Source of the DNA: Eimeria praecox
Taxonomy: Eukaryota
Reading direction: 5' to 3'
Length of the DNA: 64,000 nt
Assembly (NCBI GenBank): GCA_963920595.1
Contig: OY986950.1
Location: 3,534,001-3,598,000, forward strand
The notes below the pieces were generated by a model, which was given only the letters and a program-made list of their open reading frames with translations, did no database searches and had not been told where the DNA came from. Every line of letters starts with the position of its first letter. Position 1 is the first letter of the stretch. Below are positions 30,891-42,000 of this stretch, in pieces. The position numbers and the translations under genes are program-made.

Positions 30891-33800
30891 TGTATGAGCT
30901 TGTGAGGAATAGATCCAAAGGCGTTCTTCAAGTCGTAGTAGGTCATGTACAGTGGCCTCTTGCTCCTGCGGGTAGAGTGGAGAATACTTTGAGCAAGAAA
31001 GAGATGCTCATGGCATCCGTTCACTGGCATAAACCCTTTCTGCGACTTGGAGGCGACGCCCGACTGTATTGCCCAGTCGGTAATCCTGTTGGCCCACAGC
31101 GCTGCGTAAAGTTTGTATATGCAGTCCTGTAGATTGATGGGTCGCCAATTTTTAACGCTAGATGGGTCTCCTCCCTTCGGAATCAAGACTGTCACACTTT
31201 CCTTCCACTTCGCTGGTACTCTACGATGCCGGGAAGAGGCGTTGTAGATCGCAGTCATAGCTGGAACAAGCACATCTTCAAACCGCTTGTACACAAAGAA
31301 CCCTTTCCCATCTGGCCCTGCTGCAGACATAAGGTGGCTCTTTAGCAGCTGAGCACGCACATCCTCTTCTGAAAAGGAACGAGCAATCCCTTTAGCTCCT
31401 TCTGGAGCCGCAGCTAATGGGTTGAGGAACTCGTGAGCAACATGAGAGGTGGTGTTAATACATTGCTCTGAGTGCTGAATTTTAAAATAAGCTTCCAACT
31501 CACTGAGTTGGATAGGGCAGTCTCGTCTTCGTTGTTGATCTTCGTCGGCGAGTATTTGCTCCACGCACTTCTTCCTGTCTGTTGTATAGGGTGTTTGGAG
31601 ATTCTGTGCCGACTCCTCTTTAAGGACGTTAATGAGGCGGCGACGCGGTGTTCGTAGATTCCTTTCCAGAGCCCGCTTCCTTAGTTTATCATCAAGCGGA
31701 TCTGGGCTTTGTTGACGTCCCTGCTGTGCCTTCTCTTCTTCACGAAGAGCAAGCAACGCCTTCTTGACGTTGTCTTGAGCTTGCGCCAGTCGTGGGGGAA
31801 CGCGTGCCTTTCGTGGTTCCTGTTGTATGCTGTTTGATGATGGTGGCTTCCTCGAGCTCTGCTGGTTTGCTGCTGTTGGCTTTTTATTAGCAAACCACAC
31901 TGCGTCATATAATGCTGCTATGAAGCCCTCAATTGCGGTCTCCACTTTTTCCCATGTGCCAGTTGAGACGTTGGCTGTCGTAGCTTTCGCAAGATCTTCC
32001 AATGTGTTCTTTAGTCTCGCATAAGCATCTGTGGGGAGTCGTGGGATGCGTAGTGGTCGGTTGCGTGTGATCGGCTGATTCCGGTGTCCACAAGCTGCAT
32101 TCGGCTGTGTGTGTGTCAGCTGCGCCTCTGGAGTGGCTTCTGCTGGCTGCTGCTGAGTTTGTCTTGTTGCCGGAGCTGGCCTGGCGTTGAGCATCTCAAG
32201 TAGAGATGTTACTGCTTGTGAGGGGTGTTCAGCCCATGGAGGACCCTCAGAGTAATCTGGGGCTCTATGTCGTTTTTTCGTGTTCATCGGGGAAGTGGAG
32301 TGGCCCCTCCGGTCACCCTGATGTCCTTCCGCTCCCTCTCTGCGCTGTCCTCGGTTCCTTTTTGTGGCTTTGGGATCCGATGGGGTGGGTATGTTTTGTT
32401 CTTTGTTGATTAGTGATGCCTTTAACAGGGCGCAGCGGTTAGTTACGCCCCGCCGGAGGTGGTTTGCCAATCCACGTTTGCTGCGGAAGTCCACATTGCA
32501 ACTGGGGCAAAGGAACTGTTGAGGTTCCTGCCCTCCTGCTTCCGTTGTGCTACTGTTAGAGGGCAGGTCTGTTGCTATAGCAGCTGTGGATTGTGCACCA
32601 AAGACAAACAATCCGCTGGATGCTGTGCCTTCTGTGTGGTTGGGAGCTGAGGAAGGCGGTGATGGTCTAGTTTCATTGCAGCTGCAGGCGGCTGCTTTAC
32701 GCCTTGCTACAATTTGAAGTATCACGTCCCTTAGCGGCACGCGGCTGGGCCCCTTCCGGACCCCCTGCAGCTGGTTTGAGTGTAGTTGTGCTGCTTCTAC
32801 ACTCGGAGCCAAGCGTTGATGACCTGGAAGGCTGCTGGTTTGGTCATCTGCACCCGAAGAGCCCTCCTCTCCTGATGCCTGTTGGGTCATGATCGACGAC
32901 CGCCCGGTTGTGGGGCCCTCATGAAGGAGGGCGCCGATCTCCCTCTCATCTGCCCGCTCTTCCGGGCCTTCTTCATCGTCACTTGAAGTGTCGGAGGTTG
33001 CGTTGTGGAAGTCAGACGCATCTTCGACGTCGAGATCTATAGCCGTCGGCTCAGGGGCGACGGGCCGCTGCTGCTCCGCTGCAGCGGCATGGCGCAGAGC
33101 AAGATCTACGTCATTTTGTCTCGTTTCACTTCTCATCGTGTGTCATTGTGTTTCAGAGGTGAAACAGCATTGTTTTCTACCTCTTTTCCTTTTCTACAAA
33201 TCTTTTTCGAATATCATTTAAAGCACTAAATTATACAATATGGAAGAAAGAGGATTTACAGCCGATTTGCACCGGCCGCAGGCACCGCCACTGACGTGTG
33301 AACCCAGTCGGCAAATTCTGCGCAACAAAAGAGAGCGGAAAATTGCCTTCTGAGGGTTCTAGATGACTATAGATGATAAAATATCAAGAGAAGTGCGCGA
33401 ACCCATGCCCCAGAGGTGTAGAGAACTGGTGCACCGACGGTTTCGCCTGTGCCACCACCCCCTCTTGGATCCATGCGCACTTTTTCGTCTTCCTAGAAGA
33501 CTCCTGCCGAGGAAGACATCTCTGCTTCACTGTTAGGGCTGCGCTCCCGAAAGGGAGAACGTTGCCCACGTGGCGAACCTCCATGGCGAGTGAAAGATCG
33601 CGGGGGAGTCTGGTTGCAGATTCACCGCAAAAAATCCAACGTCGGCCGATCTAGCCGAGGCGTTGATGTCTTCGTATTGAGACGAAGACGCACACCATGG
33701 CATGTGTTAATGCCAGGGTGTCCAGAAGGGCAGATTCGGTTAGCCCTATAACGGCGAAAGTATCCAGGAGGCCATCTGCTAGCGTTAACAAGCCTTGCTT

Positions 33801-34444
33801 GCCCACTACTTGGTTCAAGGCCTGTGACCCATCCGCTCCGGGGCAGGAAGTCGAGAATTTGGGCCGCGTTGTCTCAAAGAGGTCCAATCCTTGCTGGAGC
33901 CTCATGGTAGGAAGTAGTTCGGGGGCTGCTGTTTGGCGCAATTGCCAAACTTGCGGGTGCTCTCATCAACAAGGCTTTAAGCATATCCAGCCCGATACAA
34001 TATTCAGGCTGTGCCTTGGGAGCTTCTAGAGCTTCCTTTAACACACCAATTGGGGTGTTACCCCTCCGCGTTGAGGTGCATGGTGTTGCAACGGACCTGA
34101 GCCCCCTTTCGAGGTCTTCCCCCCTCCTAGGCAAAATAGTTTGAACAGCCTTACAAAATAAGTAATGGTCGCTCCTGAATTCAGGGAAAGACCCATGATA
34201 GGCAAAGTGATCTGCTTGGGGCTGGGGGGGAGCTAGCCTGTGTCGGCGCACCCTGTGCCGCACCCTTCAGTGTCGCACCTTGGTTCGCACCTTGGTGCGA
34301 AAAGTTGTGGGGGCGCTATTCGTTCTCTTTATCGTTTTCTTTAGTGTGTTACGCCGTACTGCTCGATAGACTATGAAAAAACGCGCACGCACCATTGTTC
34401 TGGGGAGTGCATTATATAGTGCCCTTGAAGCGGAGTCGCCTGCG
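30890..34444 (-). mobile_element. Non-LTR retrotransposon subfamily B, 3'-truncated within the RT (5' leader 34444-33251; ORF 33136 to about 30890)
   Basis: The ORF contains the CPSC-x12-H-x8-C finger and RT motifs (SAAGPDG, WKESVTVLIPKGGD, NWRPINLQ, SQKGFMP, YYDLKNAFGSIPH), then runs into the satellite. Its 5' end abuts 28S TTAAAGTAGCCAAATGCC at 34445. Confidence 0.93.
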
Positions 34445-34449
34445 TTAAA

Positions 34450-34480
<31 letters not shown>

Positions 34481-34525
34481 TGCGCATGAATGCATTAACG
34501 AGATTCCAATAGGGAATGTGAGCTT

Positions 34526-34565
<40 letters not shown>

Positions 34566-34945
34566 ATAAATTTGATACTGCGACAGTAATCCAACTTAGT
34601 ACGAGAGGAACAGTTGGTTCAGATACTTGGTTAATGCGGCTAGCTGAAAAGCTAGTGCCGCGACGCTACCATCTGTTGGATTATGACTGAACGCCTCTAA
34701 GTCAGAATCCATGCTGGCTAAGCAGTGTTTCTCACCGCCTCTTTTGCTACTTGCATGTCATTTTAATGCCTCGGGCACAACATCTCACCAAATCCCTCTG
34801 TGAAACGCGCTGGGCGATAATCGCAATTTCCCGCAATTGGGGCGTTACATCCATTGTAGACGACTTTGGCTCAACCAGGTATTGTAAGTGCGAGAGTAAG
34901 GTTGCCCTACGATCCACTAAGATTCAGCCTGCTTTGTACGATGTG
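34445..34945 (+). pseudogene. Inverted 28S rRNA 3' fragment with an internal deletion
   Basis: TAGCCAAATGCCTCGTCATCTAATTAG..GAGATTCC is fused to AATAGGGAA..TTTAGACCGTCGTGAGACAGG. The sarcin-ricin loop AGTACGAGAGGAAC is at about 34598. Confidence 0.92.
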
Positions 34946-35438
34946 TTTTTTCCTCATCACATTTAGGCCTGCTGGGATGCAATCCACTTCGCCATGACCA
35001 GCTGCGGCTTTGCCGCATGCCGAGCTGGACTCTCCATGCCTCATTCAAACCATGTGAATTCAAAACATCCAACCTATCCCTGCCGCCCATACATACAACC
35101 CATCATGACCAATCTTTTGACAACCTTAAGAATGCCATTGAAGCATTGATCATCCTAGGAAAACCAACGCACACGCATATCGCACCATGACTAATCTCTT
35201 GACGACCTTAAGAATGCAATCCAAACGCCCACTAGTTTAGATGCATCATACACGCATCGCATTATAGTTATATAAGTGATACAACATTAATTAGTCCTAC
35301 TGAAAGACTAGTTAGTACTGCCATCCAAAAATTAATCACCAGCTTATATGCATCATACACCCATCGCATTATGACCAGGCTTTTGACGATCTTAAGAATG
35401 CCATCGCAAAACTCTTCAGCTTTCACCTTGCATGCATC

Positions 35439-35479
<41 letters not shown>

Positions 35480-35767
35480 CATACACCCAATCATGGCCAG
35501 TCTTTTGACGACCGTAAACAAGCCATACCAAAACTCATCAGCGCACGTAGCACAAGCTCAGCACGCCAATAGCTAAAGTACTATCAACCATGCAAACTTC
35601 AAACTTGCATGACAATCATGTTGTCTGGATGTTGCATACGCTCGCGTCCACAGACACGACGCATGACGAGCCTTTTGATGGCCTTAACGTTTACAAAATC
35701 GAGACCACGCATGCTGGGGATTTGGGATTCAGAAAATGCTGGGTGTTTGGAATTCCGTCAAGCATCT

Positions 35768-36220
35768 ATGAGAACTTTGAAGACTGAAATGGAAAAGGGT
35801 TCCATGTGAACAGCCATTGGACATGGGTTAGCCGGTCCTAAGCGAAAGCTTAACTGCGGGAATTTTGGGGCTTTCTTGTCCTCGTATTTCGCGAAAGGGA
35901 ATGAGGATAATATTCCTTAGCCAGGAAGAGGATACTGCACCGTGACGTGAACGAACTCCTCAACGCAGGTGGGTGCCCCGGGAAGCGTTGTCTTTGCTTT
36001 TTAACAACCTCTTTATAAACATACCCTGGAATCAGATTATCTGGATATAGGGTTGACTGGTTGGTAAAGCTTCCTGGCTTCCAGGGAGTCCGGTGCGCTC
36101 CTGACTGCCCTTGAAAAGAGGAGGGAAAGTTGTTATTTACACCCCTGGCCGTACCATTAACCGCATCAGGTCTCCAAGGTTAGCAGCCTCTGGTCGATAG
36201 AAGAAAGTTGGTAAGGGAAG
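35768..36220 (+). pseudogene. Internal 28S rRNA fragment (left palindrome arm)
   Basis: GAACTTTGAAGACTGAA..GGTTCCATGTGAACAG..CCGCATCAGGTCTCCAAGGT; reverse complement of 37187-37638. Confidence 0.9.
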
Positions 36221-36842
36221 CCGCATGCCCCTAAGAGAAGGATCGAGTGCTGCAGCCAGATATTATTCTTCGAAACGACAAGCGCAAAAATTCGGCAATA
36301 GTGGATGTGGCGATCGTCTTCGAGGACTACAAGAAGAACTCCCTCGGAGTGGCCCCCCTACAGAAAGAAGAGAAATATCAAGACCTCAAAAAACAGTGTG
36401 GAGCGCGAGGATATCGGGTAACAGTACAGGCATTAGTATGTGGATTCCTTGGCTTCATTGCACGAAAAAACAAGACGGTACTCACGCAGAGACTTAGGAT
36501 CTCAGAGCGCTCGGCATGGATTATGCAGCATGAAATTAGTGCCGACTGCCTCCCCCTTAGCCAACAAATCTGAGGATTGCATGTAGCGGACAGGGTCAAC
36601 AGAAGACCTCCGGGCTGCAGGCAGTCTCGTGCAATTGTTCAAAAGTCTGCATGATACTTTTGTGATACAGTAATCCGACGCCCTACTTGGTCGTATAATG
36701 TGAACTCTTAAGACGCGTCAAAGCGGTTGCCTCTTACGAAGGGCATGCCGCAGGAATAGGGGCTCCCTCACTCAATAACCAACTGGTAGTTTTCTGAAGA
36801 ACCAGCCCTCCTCCCCAAAACCCACCTTTACTTGAAATTATC
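36221..36842 (+). mobile_element. 3' fragment of a diverged retrotransposon copy (decayed endonuclease domain plus 3' UTR) joined to 28S
   Basis: LQPDIILRNDKRKNSAIVDVAIVFEDYKKNSLG..QKEEKYQDL is paralogous to 44115-44648 and carries stop codons. The 3' UTR is alignable to 44649-44845. Confidence 0.9.
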
Positions 36843-37638
36843 AGGTCGTAGTTACGTCCGCTGTTCACCCGTGCTTGATTGAATGTCATCATATCGACAT
36901 TCAGGGCGCTGGGCAGAAATCACATTCTGTCAGCACCGCCTGCGGCCATCGCAATGCTCTGTTTTAATTGAACAGTCGGATTCCCCTTGTCCGCTCCAGT
37001 TCTGAGCTAACTGCTCACTGTGTTCACAGGCCAGTGCTCACATCGCGCTCAGTGCCAGCGATCCACAGATGCGCCGCGAAGCACGAACGGGCCCGCGCAG
37101 CTCCAACCGACGATGAACACACTGGCGCTATACACCCAGCACTCAGAGCCAATCCTTTTCCCGAAGTTACGGATCCATTTTGCCGACTTCCCTTATCTAC
37201 TTTCTTCTATCGACCAGAGGCTGCTAACCTTGGAGACCTGATGCGGTTAATGGTACGGCCAGGGGTGTAAATAACAACTTTCCCTCCTCTTTTCAAGGGC
37301 AGTCAGGAGCGCACCGGACTCCCTGGAAGCCAGGAAGCTTTACCAACCAGTCAACCCTATCTCCAGATAATCTGATTCCAGGGTATGTTTATAAGAGGTT
37401 GTTAAAAAGCAAAGACAACGCTTCCCGGGGCACCCACCTGCGTTGAGGAGTTCGTTCACGTCACCGTACAGTATCCTCTTCCTGGCTAAGGAATATTATC
37501 CTCATTCCCTTTCGCGAAATACGAGGACAAGAAAGCCCCAAAATTCCCGCAGTTAAGCTTTCGCTTAGGACCCGCTAACCCATGTCCAATAGCTGTTCAC
37601 ATGGAACCCTTTTCCATTTCAGTCTTCAAAGTTCTCAT
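36843..37638 (-). pseudogene. Diverged 28S rRNA fragment upstream of the insertion site
   Basis: Alignable to 44846-45641, with clustered substitutions. Confidence 0.9.
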
Positions 37639-37926
37639 AGATGCTTGACGGAATTCCAAACACCCAGCATTTTCTGAATCCCAAATCCCCAGCATGCGTG
37701 GTCTCGATTTTGTAAACGTTAAGGCCATCAAAAGGCTCGTCATGCGTCGTGTCTGTGGACGCGAGCGTATGCAACATCCAGACAACATGATTGTCATGCA
37801 AGTTTGAAGTTTGCATGGTTGATAGTACTTTAGCTATTGGCGTGCTGAGCTTGTGCTACGTGCGCTGATGAGTTTTGGTATGGCTTGTTTACGGTCGTCA
37901 AAAGACTGGCCATGATTGGGTGTATG

Positions 37927-38029
<103 letters not shown>

Positions 38030-38522
38030 GATGCATGCAAGGTGAAAGCTGAAGAGTTTTGCGATGGCATTCTTAAGGTCGTCAAAAGCCTGGTCATAAT
38101 GCGATGGGTGTATGATGCATATAAGCTGGTGATTAATTTTTGGATGGCAGTACTAACTAGTCTTTCAGTAGGACTAATTAATGTTGTATCACTTATATAA
38201 CTATAATGCGATGCGTGTATGATGCATCTAAACTAGTGGGCGTTTGGATTGCATTCTTAAGGTCGTCAAGAGATTAGTCATGGTGCGATATGCGTGTGCG
38301 TTGGTTTTCCTAGGATGATCAATGCTTCAATGGCATTCTTAAGGTTGTCAAAAGATTGGTCATGATGGGTTGTATGTATGGGCGGCAGGGATAGGTTGGA
38401 TGTTTTGAATTCACATGGTTTGAATGAGGCATGGAGAGTCCAGCTCGGCATGCGGCAAAGCCGCAGCTGGTCATGGCGAAGTGGATTGCATCCCAGCAGG
38501 CCTAAATGTGATGAGGAAAAAA

Positions 38523-38902
38523 CACATCGTACAAAGCAGGCTGAATCTTAGTGGATCGTAGGACAACCTTACTCTCGCACTTACAATACCTGGTTGAGCC
38601 AAAGTCGTCTACAATGGATGTAACGCCCCAATTGCGGGAAATTGCGATTATCGCCCAGCGCGTTTCACAGAGGGATTTGGTGAGATGTTGTGCCTGAGGC
38701 ATTAAAGTGACATGCAAGTAGCAAAAGAGGCGGTGAGAAACACTGCTTAGCCAGCATGGATTCTGACTTAGAGGCGTTCAGTCATAATCCAACAGATGGT
38801 AGCGTCGCGGCACTAGCTTTTCAGCTAGCCGCATTAACCAAGTATCTGAACCAACTGTTCCTCTCGTACTAAGTTGGATTACTGTCGCAGTATCAAATTT
38901 AT

Positions 38903-38942
<40 letters not shown>

Positions 38943-38987
38943 AAGCTCACATTCCCTATTGGAATCTCGTTAATGCATTCATGCGCA

Positions 38988-39018
<31 letters not shown>

Positions 39019-39023
39019 TTTAA
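38523..39023 (-). rRNA. 28S rRNA 3' part, downstream of the insertion, with an internal deletion at 38960/38961; non-functional
   Basis: Reverse complement of 34445-34945; continues the 28S on the far side of the element. Confidence 0.9.
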
Positions 39024-42000
39024 CGCAGGCGACTCCGCTTCAAGGGCACTATATAATGCACTCCCCAGAACAATGGTGCGTGCGCGTTTTTTCATAGTCT
39101 ATCGAGCAGTACGGCGTAACACACTAAAGAAAACGATAAAGAGAACGAATAGCGTCCCCACAACTTTTCGCACCAAGGTGCGAACCAAGGTGCGACACTG
39201 AAGGGTGCGGCACAGGGTGCGCCGACACAGGCTAGCTCCCCCCCAGCCCCAAGCAGATCACTTTGCCTATCATGGGTCTTTCCCTGAATTCAGGAGCGAC
39301 CATTACTTATTTTGTAAGGCTGTTCAAACTATTTTGCCTAGGAGGGGGGAAGACCTCGAAAGGGGGCTCAGGTCCGTTGCAACACCATGCACCTCAACGC
39401 GGAGGGGTAACACCCCAATTGGTGTGTTAAAGGAAGCTCTAGAAGCTCCCAAGGCACAGCCTGAATATTGTATCGGGCTGGATATGCTTAAAGCCTTGTT
39501 GATGAGAGCACCCGCAAGTTTGGCAATTGCGCCAAACAGCAGCCCCCGAACTACTTCCTACCATGAGGCTCCAGCAAGGATTGGACCTCTTTGAGACAAC
39601 GCGGCCCAAATTCTCGACTTCCTGCCCCGGAGCGGATGGGTCACAGGCCTTGAACCAAGTAGTGGGCAAGCAAGGCTTGTTAACGCTAGCAGATGGCCTC
39701 CTGGATACTTTCGCCGTTATAGGGCTAACCGAATCTGCCCTTCTGGACACCCTGGCATTAACACATGCCATGGTGTGCGTCTTCGTCTCAATACGAAGAC
39801 ATCAACGCCTCGGCTAGATCGGCCGACGTTGGATTTTTTGCGGTGAATCTGCAACCAGACTCCCCCGCGATCTTTCACTCGCCATGGAGGTTCGCCACGT
39901 GGGCAACGTTCTCCCTTTCGGGAGCGCAGCCCTAACAGTGAAGCAGAGATGTCTTCCTCGGCAGGAGTCTTCTAGGAAGACGAAAAAGTGCGCATGGATC
40001 CAAGAGGGGGTGGTGGCACAGGCGAAACCGTCGGTGCACCAGTTCTCTACACCTCTGGGGCATGGGTTCGCGCACTTCTCTTGATATTTTATCATCTATA
40101 GTCATCTAGAACCCTCAGAAGGCAATTTTCCGCTCTCTTTTGTTGCGCAGAATTTGCCGACTGGGTTCACACGTCAGTGGCGGTGCCTGCGGCCGGTGCA
40201 AATCGGCTGTAAATCCTTCTCCTTTTCTACAATTCTTTTTCGTACATCATTTAAAACATCAAATTTCAAAAGATGGAAGAAGAAGAGGTGAAAAAGGATG
40301 CGGTTTCACCTCTGAACTTAGCTGCGCTCATGCGGCCTCCACAGCCGCAGCGGACCGCTCGGAGGAACAGCAGTTCAGAATTGAAAGAGGCCCCTTTTGG
40401 AATTATAATTGCAAAACCGAGGGCCTCCAGCAGCCGCAAAGAAGGAGAGGACTCAGAAGATTCTCAAGACGAGGAGGAAATGGAGATCTGCGAGCCCGCC
40501 CCAGACATGGATCTGCCGCAACAAGACCCGTCTCCATGCAATGAGGAGATAGAAGTAGAGCAGGTATTAGATACGGCAACTGATAATCAGACAGTCGCAA
40601 GTTCGATTCTCAGCAGGGGAACGGACGATGATGATCTACAACAGCAGTCAGAGGGATTGTCAGAGGTCGACAGCGATACCTCGATCTGTCCTGCGGATAC
40701 AGGACAGCTCGAAGTGTCGAAGCCGTAGCCGTAGCCGTAGAGGCTCAAATGGTGGAGGAGACGGCTCACAGCCCCCAAGCAGCAGTGGAGATCTGCCCTG
40801 ATAATGGGCAGCAGCAGCAAGGGGGGCAATCTACAAGCCCTGCGCGGCTCACCATCAGGGATTTCGTCCGCCAGTTTGTAGAAGAACCCAGAGCCAGAAA
40901 CCTTACACCAGACGGAGAGGGCGAGTCAGAGCAGTTAGCAGATGGCAGCAGCATACAAAAGGACAGCGTAACTCCAGTGTTCTTCTTGAGACAAAGGAGC
41001 AACGCAAACTCAGCAGAAAACACCCCAGAGAGCATCAACAGAACGCCAAAGGGGGTGGCCACACAGCCTGTCCGCTGCCCCAACTGCAAACGCACATTCA
41101 ACTCCGCAAGGGGGCTCTCCCTTCATACACGCAGGGGAGGAAAAGGCAGCTGCGCTCTGAGGAGAAGAGAAATAATCAATCGATGTCAGAACGTGGCAAC
41201 CCCCTTGACGTTGACGTTCCGTCTCAATAAGCGCATCCAGGAGGAAGCAGATGAAGATGTAAACGAATTGGGTGATAGACCTCGTCCAGCAAAAAGAAGA
41301 AGGGGGTCAAAAGCACCTACACAGAGCCCCCCAAAGCCGACTCCTACAGAAATGACAGGGGATCGTGCGAAGGCGGGCAGACAGGCAACACCGGCAGCAA
41401 CAGCAGGGCAGCACAGGCCTACAACTACCAACGGAGAGGCGCTGCTCATCGACAATTGGCCGGAGAGAGCTCAGCAGCAGCGGAACGACCCGATGACGAG
41501 TCGAAGACCACTTCGAATACCTCGTTTAACAGCAGAAGCGGGCGCAAAGCTTACAAGACAACTGATGGAACTTGCGCAAACTACTGCTACCAAGATGGTC
41601 GACAGCACTTGGGAAGAAGTGGAAGCCGCAGTAGAAGGCTTCACTACTCAGCTTTATGATGCGATTTGGTTTGCAGATAAGGACCCCAAGGAAGCAAATC
41701 AACGTGGCAAGAGGAACAAGCCCTCAACGAACACCGAGGACTCAGGAATCCGAAAGACACGCGTGTCCCCAAGGCAGGCTCAAGCACAGGAAAACGTCGA
41801 CAAGGCGTTGCAGGCACTCGGAGCAGAGGAGAGAGCCCAGCAGGGGAAACAATCTGGAGCAACGCTTGATGATAAACTGAAGAAGCGTGCCCTTGAAAGA
41901 AATCTACGAACCGCGCGTCGTCGCCTCATCATGATCCTCAAAGAAGAGTCAGCACAAAATCTCCAAGCACTCTACATGAAAGACAGAAAGAAGTGTGTGG

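Noticed and set aside
39955..39990. Hammerhead ribozyme (stem GTCTTC-TAG-GAAGAC followed by GAAA)
   Set aside because: The upstream core reads GGCAGGA rather than CTGANGA, and stems I and III could not be built. No HDV-like fold was recognisable by eye either.
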